Assembly: GCA_963783385.1 (NCBI GenBank)
Contig: CAWANJ010000009.1
Span: 864,001-928,000 of the forward strand
From: an uncultured Gemmatimonadales bacterium
GTDB taxonomy: Bacteria; Gemmatimonadota; Gemmatimonadetes; Palauibacterales; Palauibacteraceae
DNA length: 64,000 bases
Reading direction: 5' to 3'
Each line of letters starts with the position of its first letter. The first letter of the stretch is position 1. The notes below the pieces were generated by a model. That model saw nothing but the letters and a program-made list of their open reading frames with translations, ran no database searches and was not told where the DNA came from. Position numbers and translations under genes: made by a program. Positions 45,970 through 55,990 of the stretch are shown in pieces.

Positions 45970-48123
45970 ATGAGCGACCACAACCCAGACCTCCCTCGAC
46001 TCCCGGAGCCGATCTCCGGCCTCCGGGAGATCGCCATGAACCTCTCGTGGCGCTGGAATCCGCGCGCCCGATATCTGTTCCGGAGGCTGGACCGGCCGCT
46101 GTGGCACCGGACCCGACACAATCCGGTCGCCATCCTCCGCGAGGTCGATCCGGCGCGCCTCGCGCGCCTGGCCGAGGACGTCGACTTCCGCCGCCTGCAC
46201 GACGAGGTGCTGGCCGACTGCCGACAGGAGGACTCCCGCGCGGGCACCTGGATGGCGGCCGAGCACCCCGACTTCGGGGACCGCCCGGTGGCCTATTTCT
46301 GCGCCGAGTTCGGGCTCCACAACTCGGTCCCGATCTACTCCGGCGGCCTCGGCGTGCTGGCGGGCGACCACTGCAAGACCGCCTCGGACCTCGGCCTGCC
46401 CCTCGTGGGCGTGGGGCTGCTGTACGTGAAGGGGTACTTCGACCAGACCATCCGGCTGGACGGGTGGCAGGAGGACACGGAGGCGGCCTTCGACCCGGCC
46501 TCCACCCCGCTCGTGCCGGTCCCCGGCCGTGACGGCGACCGGAGGGTGGCGCGGCTCGAGATCAACGGCCACGACCTCGCCATCGGGGCCTGGAAGCTGC
46601 GGGTCGGCCGGGTGCCGATCTACCTCCTGGACACGGACCTGGAGGAGAACCGGCCGGAGGACCGCCAGCTGGCCAGTCGGCTGTACCCGGGCGGCCGCCT
46701 GGAGCGACTCCAGCAGGAGTGGATTCTGGGCGCGGGCGGGGTCCGGGTGCTGCGTGCCGTGGGCGTGGAGCCCGTGGCGTGGCACGCGAACGAGGGCCAC
46801 GCGGCGTTCATGCTGCTGGAGCGCGTGCGCGAGCGCATGGAGCGTGGCTCCACCTGGGAGGAGGCCGTCGCGCACGTGCGCGCTTCGAGCGTGTTCACCA
46901 CCCACACCCCCGTGCCGGCGGGCCACGACATCTTCCCCCTCGAGCAGGTCGAGGCCTGCGCCGCCCGGCTCCTGGACGCGCCGGGCATGAGCACATCCCG
47001 CCTGGCCGAGGTGGGCCGCGGCCTGGAGGGCCCTGCGGGCTTCCACATGACGGCCCTCGCCATCCGCCTCTCCGGCGGCCTCAACGGGGTGTCGGAAACG
47101 CACGGACGGGTGACACGCCGGATGTGGCACGCCCTGTGGCCCGACCGCGCCGTGGAGGACGTCCCTGTCGGGCACATCACGAACGGCGTGCACCTGTCGA
47201 CCTGGATGTCCCATTCCCTCATGTCGCTCCTGGACGGACACCTCGGCGCGGGATGGGTGCACCGGATCGCCGACCCGCGGCTGTGGGAGGCGATCCGCGA
47301 CCTGGACGACGAGGGGCTGTGGCGCGTGCACCGGCGGCGCAAGGAGACTCTGCTCGCCTTCGTGCGCGAGCGGGCCCGCCACCGGTGGGCCGAGCACTGG
47401 GGCGACAGCGGCCACCTCGTCGGCGCCGGCACCCTCCTCGCCCCCGACGCGCTCACGATCGGCTTCGCGCGTCGCTTCGCGGAGTACAAGCGCGCCGACC
47501 TCCTCTTCCGGGACGCGGACCGGCTGCGCCGGCTGGTGACCGACCCGCACCGGCCCGTTCAGGTGGTGTTCGCGGGCAAGGCCCACCCGGCGGACGACCA
47601 GGGGAAGCGCATCCTGCAGCGCGTGTACGAGGCGGCCCGCGATCCCGGGTTCGAGGGACGCATCGCCTTCCTCGAGGACTACGAGCTCCACATGGCGCAC
47701 CGGCTCGTGCAGGGGGTGGACCTGTGGCTCAACCTCCCCCGCCCTCCCCTCGAGGCCTGCGGAACGAGCGGCATGAAGGCTGCGCTGAACGCAGTGCCCC
47801 AGCTCGGCACGTGCGACGGATGGTGGGCCGAGGGCTACGAGGGCTCGAACGGCTGGCAGATCCCCCCCGCACCGGAGGAGGAGGACGTCGACGCGTGGGA
47901 CGCACGGCACCTGTACGAGATCCTCGAAGAGAGGGTCGTGCCGCTGTACTACGAGGGCGAGCGCCATGCCGCGCCCCGCGGCTGGGTCGCGGTCATGAAG
48001 GAGGCCCTCCGCATCGGCGGGAGCCGGTTCACCGCGCGCCGGATGCTGCGCGAGTACGTGTCGGACTACTATCTCCCCGCCCGCAGAGGGGCGCTCTCGG
48101 GCGCCCCGGTCGAAGCCGGGTGA
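45970..48123 (+). CDS. glgP: Alpha-glucan phosphorylase
   Basis: YSGGLGVLAGD, NEGHAAF, ITNGVH, GFARRFAEYKR, EACGTSGMK (PLP Lys). Confidence 0.95.
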   Translation: MSDHNPDLPRLPEPISGLREIAMNLSWRWNPRARYLFRRLDRPLWHRTRHNPVAILREVDPARLARLAEDVDFRRLHDEVLADCRQEDSRAGTWMAAEHPDFGDRPVAYFCAEFGLHNSVPIYSGGLGVLAGDHCKTASDLGLPLVGVGLLYVKGYFDQTIRLDGWQEDTEAAFDPASTPLVPVPGRDGDRRVARLEINGHDLAIGAWKLRVGRVPIYLLDTDLEENRPEDRQLASRLYPGGRLERLQQEWILGAGGVRVLRAVGVEPVAWHANEGHAAFMLLERVRERMERGSTWEEAVAHVRASSVFTTHTPVPAGHDIFPLEQVEACAARLLDAPGMSTSRLAEVGRGLEGPAGFHMTALAIRLSGGLNGVSETHGRVTRRMWHALWPDRAVEDVPVGHITNGVHLSTWMSHSLMSLLDGHLGAGWVHRIADPRLWEAIRDLDDEGLWRVHRRRKETLLAFVRERARHRWAEHWGDSGHLVGAGTLLAPDALTIGFARRFAEYKRADLLFRDADRLRRLVTDPHRPVQVVFAGKAHPADDQGKRILQRVYEAARDPGFEGRIAFLEDYELHMAHRLVQGVDLWLNLPRPPLEACGTSGMKAALNAVPQLGTCDGWWAEGYEGSNGWQIPPAPEEEDVDAWDARHLYEILEERVVPLYYEGERHAAPRGWVAVMKEALRIGGSRFTARRMLREYVSDYYLPARRGALSGAPVEAG

Positions 48124-48127
48124 CCGC

Positions 48128-49591
48128 GTGAGGCCGGCTCCGCGCGTCGTCCACCTGGTCGCGGAGTACTGGCCCTACGCTCAGACGGGCGGCCTGGCCG
48201 AGGCGGTGCGCGGCCTCGCCGTCCACCAGGCCCGGTCGGGGATGGAGGTCACCGTCGTCCTGCCCCTGTACCGCGGAGTGCGCGAGGGGCCGGCCACCCT
48301 GGAGCCGGTGGGCCCGGCCGCCGAGCTCTCCCTCGGCGGCGAACAGCGGACCGTCCGGGTGTGGCACGCCTCGGGCGCCTCGGTCGAGCCCGGCCCGGAG
48401 GTCCTGTTCGTCGAGCACGACCCCTTCTTCGATCGCGACGGGCTGTACGGGGACGGAGGCGCGGACTACCCCGACAACCCGCTCCGCTTCGCGCTGTTCG
48501 GACGCGCCGTCGCCGAGCGCATCGTCGCCCCGAAGGCGGCGGAGCCGGGCCGGGAGCCGGTAGTCGTCCACATCCACGACTGGCACGCCGCCCCGGCCCT
48601 GCTCTACCTGCCCGCCGGCACGGGGCCGGGCCGCGCGGCCCGCGTGCTGACCGTCCACAACGCCGCCTTCCAGGGCCGCTTCGGCATCGACCTCGAGCCG
48701 GAGCTCTCCCTCCCCGGGGACGGCGACGTCCACGGGACCCTGGAGTGGGACGGCGAGCTCAACTTCCTCAAGGCCGCCCTCGTCCTGGCCGACGTGGTCA
48801 CGACGGTGAGCCCCACGCACGCCACCGAGCTGTGCACCGAGGAGGGGGGCTTCGGACTCGATCCGATGTTCCGCGAGCTGGGGGACCGGCTGATCGGGAT
48901 CCTCAACGGGATCGACACCGAGCTGTGGGACCCCGCCGACGACGAGTTCGTCCCGCCACCCTTCGTCTTCGACGCGGACGACCCTTCGGGGAAGCTCCGG
49001 GCCAAGGAGGCGCTGCAGCGAGCGGCGGGGCTCCCCGTCCGGCCGGAGGTCCCGCTGTTCGGCATGGCGGCCCGACTGGCGCGCCAGAAGGGCATCGACC
49101 TCCTGCTCGAGGGTCGTTGCCTGGAGCGGGCTCCTGCCCAGTTCATCCTCCTCGGGAGCGGCGACCGGTGGTACGAGGAGAACCTGGTGGCCCGCGCCCG
49201 GCCCGACCGGGTGGTCGTGGACGCTCTGTTCAGCGAACGCAAGGAGCACGAGCTGCTCGCCGCCGCCGATTCGCTCCTCATGCCATCCCTGTACGAGCCC
49301 TGCGGCCTCACGCAGATGCGCGCCCAGCGCTACGGCGCCCTGCCGGTGGCGCGCCGGGTCGGAGGGCTGGCCGACACGATCGAGGACGGCGTGACGGGCT
49401 TCCTGTTCGGGGCCTTCGAGCCCGGGGCCCTGGACGACGCCGTGGACCGGGCCATCCAGGCTTACGGCGACGCGGCCGGGTGGGCTGCCATGCGCCGGAC
49501 GGCCATGCACCGGCCGTTCGGTTGGTCGGAACCGGCGGCCGCCTACGCGGCGTTGTACGGTCGGGCGCTGGCACGACGCGGAGGCGCCTGA
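48128..49591 (+). CDS. glgA: Glycogen synthase (GT5)
   Basis: QTGGLAE, HIHDWH, TVHN..FQG, GILNGID, EPCGLTQM, GGLADT. Confidence 0.9.
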   Translation: MRPAPRVVHLVAEYWPYAQTGGLAEAVRGLAVHQARSGMEVTVVLPLYRGVREGPATLEPVGPAAELSLGGEQRTVRVWHASGASVEPGPEVLFVEHDPFFDRDGLYGDGGADYPDNPLRFALFGRAVAERIVAPKAAEPGREPVVVHIHDWHAAPALLYLPAGTGPGRAARVLTVHNAAFQGRFGIDLEPELSLPGDGDVHGTLEWDGELNFLKAALVLADVVTTVSPTHATELCTEEGGFGLDPMFRELGDRLIGILNGIDTELWDPADDEFVPPPFVFDADDPSGKLRAKEALQRAAGLPVRPEVPLFGMAARLARQKGIDLLLEGRCLERAPAQFILLGSGDRWYEENLVARARPDRVVVDALFSERKEHELLAAADSLLMPSLYEPCGLTQMRAQRYGALPVARRVGGLADTIEDGVTGFLFGAFEPGALDDAVDRAIQAYGDAAGWAAMRRTAMHRPFGWSEPAAAYAALYGRALARRGGA

Positions 49592-49709
49592 GCCGACCGA
49601 GGCGAGAGCGGGAGCTTGGTCCCCGTCTGGCCCGGACGCGGCGCCCCGCATAGTTTTCTGGTCGGAATCTGTAACCAGTGTCGTTCGGCGTCTCCAGAGA
49701 GGGGTTCGG

Positions 49710-50363
49710 ATGGCCCGGCACGACGCGCGCACCCAGTATCGTGTGGCCCTGGCGGCCGGCCTCGTCGGCTCGGTCGTCATCCACGGGCTGCTGCTCCTGT
49801 TTGCCCCGGCCTTGCCCATCGGCAACGCCGTCGCGCGGGCGAGCGCCCTGCAGGTGGTCGACATCCCGCCGGCCCCCACCCCCGCCCCGCCGGAGGCGCA
49901 GGTCCCCGAGGAGCCGGCCCCCATCCCCACGCCGGCCATGCCGGTGGCCGCGGCCCTGGACGAGCCGCCCGACGCGCCCCAGCTGATCCCCTACGAGATC
50001 GCCCCCAAGCTCGAGAACCCCGCCGAGGTCCAGCGCATCCTCCAGGACCTGTATCCGGCCGAGTACCGGGACCAGAGGATCGGGGGCGTGGTCGTCCTGT
50101 GGCTGTACATCGACACGGAGGGGAACGTGGCCCGCGTGCTGGTGCGGGCCCCCAGCGGCCACGCGGGCTTCGACGAGGCCGCCCAGGCGGTCGCGCACCG
50201 GATGGCGTTCCGCCCCGCCTACATCCACGGCCATCCCGTCGGCGTGTGGGTCTCCCAGGGGATCCGCTTCACCGTGCGTCAGACGGCCGACACCAACGCC
50301 CTCCGGTCCGTCCCGCACCAGAGCCCGGTGGCCTCGAACCGGACCGGAGGTCACGGGCCCTAG
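49710..50363 (+). CDS. tonB: Energy transducer TonB
   Basis: N-terminal TM with SxxxH, Pro-rich linker, YP...GGVV.L..IDTEGNV..SG...FDEAA C-domain. Confidence 0.88.
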   Translation: MARHDARTQYRVALAAGLVGSVVIHGLLLLFAPALPIGNAVARASALQVVDIPPAPTPAPPEAQVPEEPAPIPTPAMPVAAALDEPPDAPQLIPYEIAPKLENPAEVQRILQDLYPAEYRDQRIGGVVVLWLYIDTEGNVARVLVRAPSGHAGFDEAAQAVAHRMAFRPAYIHGHPVGVWVSQGIRFTVRQTADTNALRSVPHQSPVASNRTGGHGP

Positions 50364-50809
50364 CCTTCCGCCCGCGCCTCGACCTCCTGTCGGCGGCGGC
50401 GGTCGAGCCGCCTCCAGCGGGACAGCCGCACGGCCACGTGCCACCCGAACAGGGCGGCGCCTACCACCTCCAGGACCCTTCCGGCGAGCACCGCCCACCC
50501 GGCTCCGGCCAGGGCACCGGCGGCCGCGCAGGCGACCCCGGACGCCACCCCGGCCGCCCCCGCACCGGCGGCCCGGGGCGCGGGACGCCGCCCGCCGGCG
50601 CGCGGCAGGATCCAGTAGGCCACGCCCAGGGCCAGCTGCACCAGCCAGCCCACGGCGAGCAGCTCCACGTGGACCGGGACGAGACGGACGAGGCCTCCGG
50701 TCGCCGACGGGTCCAGCGGGGGGACGGCCAGGAGCGCCGCCCCCAGGAGCGCGCCCAGGACGAGACACACGAGCGACGCGCGCACGGCCCACACGGTCAG
50801 CCTGGGCAC
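50360..50809 (-). CDS. 4-TM membrane protein (H-x-E-x3-GW..Q..GVAYWILPR motif)
   Basis: Conserved His in TM2; homologous to its neighbours; part of the DUF2249 cluster. Confidence 0.75.
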   Translation of the reverse strand: MPRLTVWAVRASLVCLVLGALLGAALLAVPPLDPSATGGLVRLVPVHVELLAVGWLVQLALGVAYWILPRAGGRRPAPRAAGAGAAGVASGVACAAAGALAGAGWAVLAGRVLEVVGAALFGWHVAVRLSRWRRLDRRRRQEVEARAEG

Positions 50810-50810
50810 G

Positions 50811-51206
50811 TCAGCTCCCGCGAACGCGCGGCCACAGGACGGCGGCGAAGGTGAAGAGCGCGGCCGCCTGCGTCACGGCCGACAGGACGAGCAGCGTTCC
50901 CCACGGCGCACCGCCCCACGCGGCCCGGGAGGGCTCCGCGACCACCCGCATCCCCAGCCCGCCGTACAGCAGCGCGTACACGATCCACAGGGGCGCGTCG
51001 CGCCCCCGCGAGGGGAACAGCCAGTGGGCCACCCCCACGACCAGGCCCGTGAGCCAGCCCACGACCAGGAGATGCATCCTCACCGGCTCCAGGGCCGGAA
51101 TGCGCGGGCCGACGCCTCCGGGCAGCGCGCCCAGGACGCCGGCCAGCAGGCCCGCGGCCAGGCAGGCGAGCGCCGTGCGCACGAAGGCCCGGCTGACGCG
51201 CGGCAC
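50811..51206 (-). CDS. 4-TM membrane protein (H-L-x3-GW..GVAHWLFP motif)
   Basis: Paralogous to 50360-50809 and to repeats within 52289-53575. Confidence 0.75.
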   Translation of the reverse strand: MPRVSRAFVRTALACLAAGLLAGVLGALPGGVGPRIPALEPVRMHLLVVGWLTGLVVGVAHWLFPSRGRDAPLWIVYALLYGGLGMRVVAEPSRAAWGGAPWGTLLVLSAVTQAAALFTFAAVLWPRVRGS

Positions 51207-51212
51207 GGCCGA

Positions 51213-51908
51213 CTAGGAGGCCGGGAGCACGGGGAGGACGGCGACCCAGACCCGCTCGTCCGCCCGGTAGGAGCGGTAGGACGACGCGTCGAAGCGATCC
51301 GCCCGCTCGGCGCACATCTCGTAGTACAGGGGCTTCGGGTCGTGGTCGTTCACGATCGTGAGGGCCTGGCCGGGCCCGAGCGCGGCGAAGCGCTCGTGGA
51401 TGGTGGCATGCTTGGCCGGCCCGTCCAGCCTGCGCACGTCCAGCAGATAGGGCCCCTGCAGCGCGCCTTCCTCCTGGACCGGGCGGTCGGGCCGTCCGCT
51501 CGGCTCCCGCGTCGCGCGCGCGGAGGCCGGCTCCCGGAAGGCCCCGCCGCAGCGATCGTCGGTGCCGCGAGCCTCTCCCTCGTCGGTCTCGAGCTCCGCC
51601 GCCGCGCCCTCCTCGTCGCCCGCTCGATGGAACCACACCCGCCAGTCGTCCGGCGCCAGCCGCTCCGCCCGGGCGCTGAACCCGCGCTCGGCCAGTACGG
51701 CGTACAGCGGCACGGGCTCGAACGGAGCGCGCAGGCACAGCACGTGGCCCGCGGGCACGCGGCCGGCGTGCTCGAGGATGGTGGCCAGGGGCTCCTCGCC
51801 GCGGGCCAGGATCGGTCGCACGTCCAGGTCGTGGACGAGCGCCTCGGGGACCGCCTCCGGCGCGGAGCGGCCCTCCGGGTCGGCGTTACGGATCGAGAAC
51901 AGCTTCAT
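51213..51908 (-). CDS. Tandem DUF2249 domain protein
   Basis: LDVRPILARGEEPL..APFEPVPLY and LDVR..KHATI..NDHDPKPLYY. Confidence 0.88.
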   Translation of the reverse strand: MKLFSIRNADPEGRSAPEAVPEALVHDLDVRPILARGEEPLATILEHAGRVPAGHVLCLRAPFEPVPLYAVLAERGFSARAERLAPDDWRVWFHRAGDEEGAAAELETDEGEARGTDDRCGGAFREPASARATREPSGRPDRPVQEEGALQGPYLLDVRRLDGPAKHATIHERFAALGPGQALTIVNDHDPKPLYYEMCAERADRFDASSYRSYRADERVWVAVLPVLPAS

Positions 51909-51980
51909 GGTGCACCTCGGTCTTCGGAGTCGCGTTCGGAGTCGTGGTTCGGACTCGTGGGTCCGCCGGGCCGGTGGCGC

Positions 51981-52292
51981 TCAGCCCCAGCCACGGATCA
52001 TGTCGGGGTGCCAGGCCGGCTCGGCCGTGTAGCACAGCTCCACCCGGCCCACCTGGGGCAGGGCCTCGAGCGTGGCCCGCATGGCCCGCTCCAGGTGCGC
52101 GGCCAGGGGGCATCCCGGCGTGGTGAACGTGTGGACGACGCGCACCCCTTCGCCGGTCCACTCGATGCCGTACACGAGCCCCAGCCGCACGACGTCCAGC
52201 CCCACCTCGGGGTCCACCACCCGCCGCAGGGCCGCCGCGATCCCGGCCGCGCCGGGGTGCACGACGAAGGCCGGCCCCGCCGGCCCGTTCAC
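51981..52292 (-). CDS. DUF59/SufT-like metal-sulfur cluster assembly factor
   Basis: VVDPEVGLDVVRLGLVY, TTPGCP, EPAW..DMI; GTGA overlap with the upstream gene. Confidence 0.9.
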   Translation of the reverse strand: MNGPAGPAFVVHPGAAGIAAALRRVVDPEVGLDVVRLGLVYGIEWTGEGVRVVHTFTTPGCPLAAHLERAMRATLEALPQVGRVELCYTAEPAWHPDMIRGWG

Positions 52293-53575
52293 GCCGGCCT
52301 CCGCCGCGCCACGCCGGCGAGCTGCACGGCCTGGAGGAGGGCGCCGCACGCCAGGCTCGCCGCCGCGGCGCGCGTGACGGCGGCCGAACCGGCCAGGATC
52401 GCCCCCACGAGAGCGGCGGCGCCCGCCGCCTGGAGCCCGGCGGCCACGAGGGCCGGGCCGCGCGCGAACAGCTCGGCCACCATCGGCACCGGCCGCTCCG
52501 AGGCCACCGGGCCGAACCGGTGATGCCAGACCAGGAACGGCAGGATCTTGTACTGGTGCCCCGCCACGAACAGGCCGAGGCCTCCCACCACCAGGGCCGC
52601 CACGTACGCGGTGGCCAGGCGCGGTGAGGTGCCGGGCACCAGCATGGCGGGCACCCCCAGGACGAGCGCCACGGCCAGCAGGGCCAGGGCCACCGCCACC
52701 AGCCGCATGCCCGGATCGAGGGAGGGCCGGCGCCGGGCCCGGAAGTGGAGGGCGGCCTGCCACAGGAAGGCGGCGGCGCCCGCGGCCAGCAGACCGCCGC
52801 CCGCCGGCATGGCGGCCAGGGGGAGCACGTGGTGCGCGAGCGCCAGGACGCCCGCCCCCAGCGCCAGCAGCCAGGCCGCCGCCCGGCCGGGCCCCTCCGT
52901 GACCCCGTGGCTGAGCAGGAACATGGGCAGCAGCCTCCGGGAGACGCCCACGATCACCAGGAGCACCCAGCCCGCCGCGGCCACGTGCAGGTGGAGCGCG
53001 ATGAGCAGGAAGCGGCCCGGGCCCAGGAAGCCGGTGCGCAGGTTGAGCGCCAGGAGCGCCCCCAGCGACACGGCCACGACCAGGAACCCGTCCGCCGCGG
53101 CCAGGCAGCCCCACGTGGTGTCCCGGCGGGCGGTGCTCCGCAAGGCGGCGGCCAGGTGCGCGGCGAACAGCAGGAGCCCGGTCCCGAGCGTCCCCGCTCC
53201 GATCACGACCAGCGCCGTCCTGCCGGCCGCGAGCCCGAAGACGAACAGGCCGACCCCGACCACGTGCAGCGCGAAGGTCACGTGCGCCAGGCGCGGCCAC
53301 GGGAACCGTCCGCCGAGCGCCACGGGCAGCAGCTGGTAGAGGGCCCCCATGATCGAGGTCGTGATCCAGCCCAGCGTGAACAGGTGGGCCACCGCCGCCA
53401 CCCGCGGGTCGGCGTAGCCGCCGCGGGCCAGCGACGGCGCCACCACCCACAGCCCGATCCCGCCGGCCGCGTAGAACCCGAGGGCGGCCAGCAGGTGCTC
53501 GGCCGGGACCCGGAGCGGAACCCCGGGCGCCGGGGCCGCGACGGCCTCCGGGGCGGGGGCCGCGATGGGGTCCAT
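52289..53575 (-). CDS. 12-TM membrane protein with His-containing repeats (heme-copper oxidase subunit I-like fold)
   Basis: HLFTLGW..IMGALYQLLPV, HLHVAAAGW...LLPMF, YKILPFLVW. Confidence 0.8.
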   Translation of the reverse strand: MDPIAAPAPEAVAAPAPGVPLRVPAEHLLAALGFYAAGGIGLWVVAPSLARGGYADPRVAAVAHLFTLGWITTSIMGALYQLLPVALGGRFPWPRLAHVTFALHVVGVGLFVFGLAAGRTALVVIGAGTLGTGLLLFAAHLAAALRSTARRDTTWGCLAAADGFLVVAVSLGALLALNLRTGFLGPGRFLLIALHLHVAAAGWVLLVIVGVSRRLLPMFLLSHGVTEGPGRAAAWLLALGAGVLALAHHVLPLAAMPAGGGLLAAGAAAFLWQAALHFRARRRPSLDPGMRLVAVALALLAVALVLGVPAMLVPGTSPRLATAYVAALVVGGLGLFVAGHQYKILPFLVWHHRFGPVASERPVPMVAELFARGPALVAAGLQAAGAAALVGAILAGSAAVTRAAAASLACGALLQAVQLAGVARRRPA

Positions 53576-53576
53576 C

Positions 53577-53789
53577 TCAGGCGCCGGCGTCACCGGGACG
53601 CAGGGCCCGGAGCAGCGCCTCGAGATCGAGGTCGTGCAGGCGGGCGGCCTCCCGCAGCGGCAGATCGCCGCCACAGCACAGGTCGAGACCGTGCCCGAGG
53701 AGGACCTCCCGGGCGCCGGGGAGTCGCCGCACGAGCTCGTGCAGGGTGAGCCCCGAGAGCTCGGTGCCGGAAGTCGAGACGGGTTGCAT
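53577..53789 (-). CDS. Stand-alone DUF542 (ScdA_N / RIC N-terminal domain) protein
   Basis: GLDLCCGG..L..AA motif, 70 aa, GAGGAG RBS, no hemerythrin domain. Confidence 0.85.
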   Translation of the reverse strand: MQPVSTSGTELSGLTLHELVRRLPGAREVLLGHGLDLCCGGDLPLREAARLHDLDLEALLRALRPGDAGA

Positions 53790-53897
53790 GGCGGATCTCC
53801 TCGTCGCCGGGCATGTGACCTCGGGCCGCCCGGTGGTGCCCGGCCTGCTCGCCGGTCGGTCCCTGCCTCCGACACCTACGATGGGACGGGCGGGAGG

Positions 53898-53935
53898 AGT
53901 TGTCAAGATTGTCATCATGTTTATATTGTAAAATG
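53898..53935. promoter_or_regulatory. AT-rich divergent promoter/operator
   Basis: ttgtcaagattgtcatcatgtttatattgtaaaat with TTGTCA repeats between the DUF542 operon and the regulator. Confidence 0.5.
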
Positions 53936-54005
53936 CGGCTGGCCCCGTCGCCGTGCTATCGTTGGCGGGTATCACGAGCACCTTCAGCAACGGGCAGGCA
54001 CGAAC

Positions 54006-54710
54006 GTGGACGAAGCCGACACTCAGCGACCCGAGGAGCTCCTGGCTCCCGGCATGAGCGATACGCGCCGCCGGCTCCTCCTGCGGCTCAAGCGGCACGG
54101 GGCCATGACGCTGGCCACGATCTCGGAGGCGTTCGACCTCTCTCCCGAGACGCTGCGCAGCCACCTGCGCGACCTCGAAGCGGAGGGGTTGGTGGAGCGG
54201 GCCGGGGTCCGGAGGCACGGGCGGGGCCGGCCCGAGGTGATCTACCAGCTGGCCCCCGCCGCCGAACCGCTGTTCCCGCAGCGCGAGGGCGAGGTGCTGG
54301 GCGAGCTCGCCGCCTTCCTGGTCCGCAGCGGCCGTCAGGACCTCATCCAGGGCTTCTTCGACGAGCGCATGGCCACGCGCCGCACCGAGGCGCTGCGGCG
54401 CGTGGAGGGGCTCGAGGGACGGGCCCGCATGGAGGAGATCGCCGACCTCCTCACCGAAGAGGGCTTCATGGCGGAGGTGGAGACCTCCGCCGACGGAGAA
54501 GCCGAGCTCCGCCTGTGTCACTGCCCGATCCGGGAGCTGGTGGACGTGTCGTCCGTCCCGTGCCGGGCCGAGATCGGCCTGGTCCGCGAGCTCCTGGGCG
54601 AGCGCTTGGCCCGGAACAGCTACATCCCGAACGGCGAGCCCGCCTGCAGCTACTCGCCCGGGCCCCGGGATGGAGCGAGGAACGAGCCGGCCGCGGAGGC
54701 CGCCGGCTAG
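54006..54710 (+). CDS. SufR-like HTH transcriptional regulator with C-terminal Cys cluster
   Basis: HTH, GRGRP..Y.L, CHCPI...C..E...C.Y. Confidence 0.85.
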   Translation: MDEADTQRPEELLAPGMSDTRRRLLLRLKRHGAMTLATISEAFDLSPETLRSHLRDLEAEGLVERAGVRRHGRGRPEVIYQLAPAAEPLFPQREGEVLGELAAFLVRSGRQDLIQGFFDERMATRRTEALRRVEGLEGRARMEEIADLLTEEGFMAEVETSADGEAELRLCHCPIRELVDVSSVPCRAEIGLVRELLGERLARNSYIPNGEPACSYSPGPRDGARNEPAAEAAG

Positions 54711-54832
54711 CGGCCGGCTCCCCGCGTCGGGCACGGGTCCCCCCCTCCGGCGGCGCGTGGCAGGCATCCTGCTGAGCGTGACGGGGCGACCGATCCGAGG
54801 ACCCTTCCCCCCGTTGCGGCGGAGTCTCGCTC

Positions 54833-55978
54833 GTGGACATCCCGACGGCCCTGGCGGCCATCCTCCGGCACACGGTCGGCATGGCCTGGAAGATCGCGTG
54901 GGGCCTGGCGCTCGGCTTCATGATCTCCGGAGCGATCCAGGCGTTCGTGTCTCGGGAGGAGATCGCCCGCCACCTGGGCCGGCCGACGCTCCGGGCCCTC
55001 GCCCTGGCCAGCTTCTTCGGGTTCGCGTCCTCCTCCTGCTCCTACGCCGCCGCGGCCATGAGCAAGACCCTGTTCCAGAAGGGGTCGCACATCGTCAACG
55101 CCACGGCCTTCCTGTTCGCCTCCACCAACCTCGTGATCGAGATCGGCCTCATCATCTGGGTGCTGCTGGGATGGCAGTTCGTCCTCGCCGAGTTCGTCGG
55201 GGGGATCCTGCTCATCGTGGTGATGGCCGTCCTCCTGCGCTGGTTCGCGCCGGCCGGGGTGTTCGAGGAGGCCCGCCGGCACCTGGACGAGGCCGGAGGC
55301 GGAGGCCACGAGCATCACCGCCACGGCGGGACGCTGCCGGCCTCCGCGCTCCTCACCCGGCGAGGGCTGGCGGCCACGGGACGCTACCTGTCGACGGACG
55401 TGCGCATGGTGGGCAGGGACATCGTCCTCGGGCTGGTCATCGCGGGCACCCTGGCGGCGCTGGTCCCGCAGGAGTGGTGGCGGTCCCTGTTCCTGACGGC
55501 GGGATCGGGCGGCGCCGTCCACCCGGGATTCTGGGTGAGCGTGGAGAACGCGGTGGTGGGACCGGTAATCGCCATCGTCTCGTTCGTGTGCTCGGTGGGC
55601 AACATCCCGATGGCGTCGGTGCTGTGGGCGGGAGGGATCTCCTTCGGCGGGGTCGTGGCGTTCATCTTCGCCGACCTGGTCACGATCCCGATGGTGCTGG
55701 TGTACCGGCGCTACTACGGCTGGAAGCCGGCGCTTGTGTATGCCGGCTACCTCCTGGCGACCATGGTGGTCACGGCGCTGATCGTGGACGGCCTGTTCCG
55801 GCTCACGGGGATGGCGCCCGAGGTGCCGGTCGCGGCCCGCAGGGGCCTCCAGCACGTGGACTACTTCGCGTGGGACTACACGGCGTGGCTGAACCTGGTG
55901 TTCGTGCCGCTGGCCGCGGGCCTGTGGTGGCTGGGGTCACGCCGCGCCGAGGTGGGAGAGCACCGGCACGGCGGGTAG
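54833..55978 (+). CDS. DUF318/ArsP-type permease with His-rich loop
   Basis: SSSCSYAA, ASTNLVIE, GHEHHRHG, FVCSVGNIP, FIFADL. Confidence 0.88.
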   Translation: MDIPTALAAILRHTVGMAWKIAWGLALGFMISGAIQAFVSREEIARHLGRPTLRALALASFFGFASSSCSYAAAAMSKTLFQKGSHIVNATAFLFASTNLVIEIGLIIWVLLGWQFVLAEFVGGILLIVVMAVLLRWFAPAGVFEEARRHLDEAGGGGHEHHRHGGTLPASALLTRRGLAATGRYLSTDVRMVGRDIVLGLVIAGTLAALVPQEWWRSLFLTAGSGGAVHPGFWVSVENAVVGPVIAIVSFVCSVGNIPMASVLWAGGISFGGVVAFIFADLVTIPMVLVYRRYYGWKPALVYAGYLLATMVVTALIVDGLFRLTGMAPEVPVAARRGLQHVDYFAWDYTAWLNLVFVPLAAGLWWLGSRRAEVGEHRHGG

Positions 55979-55990
55979 TCGGCCCGGCTC

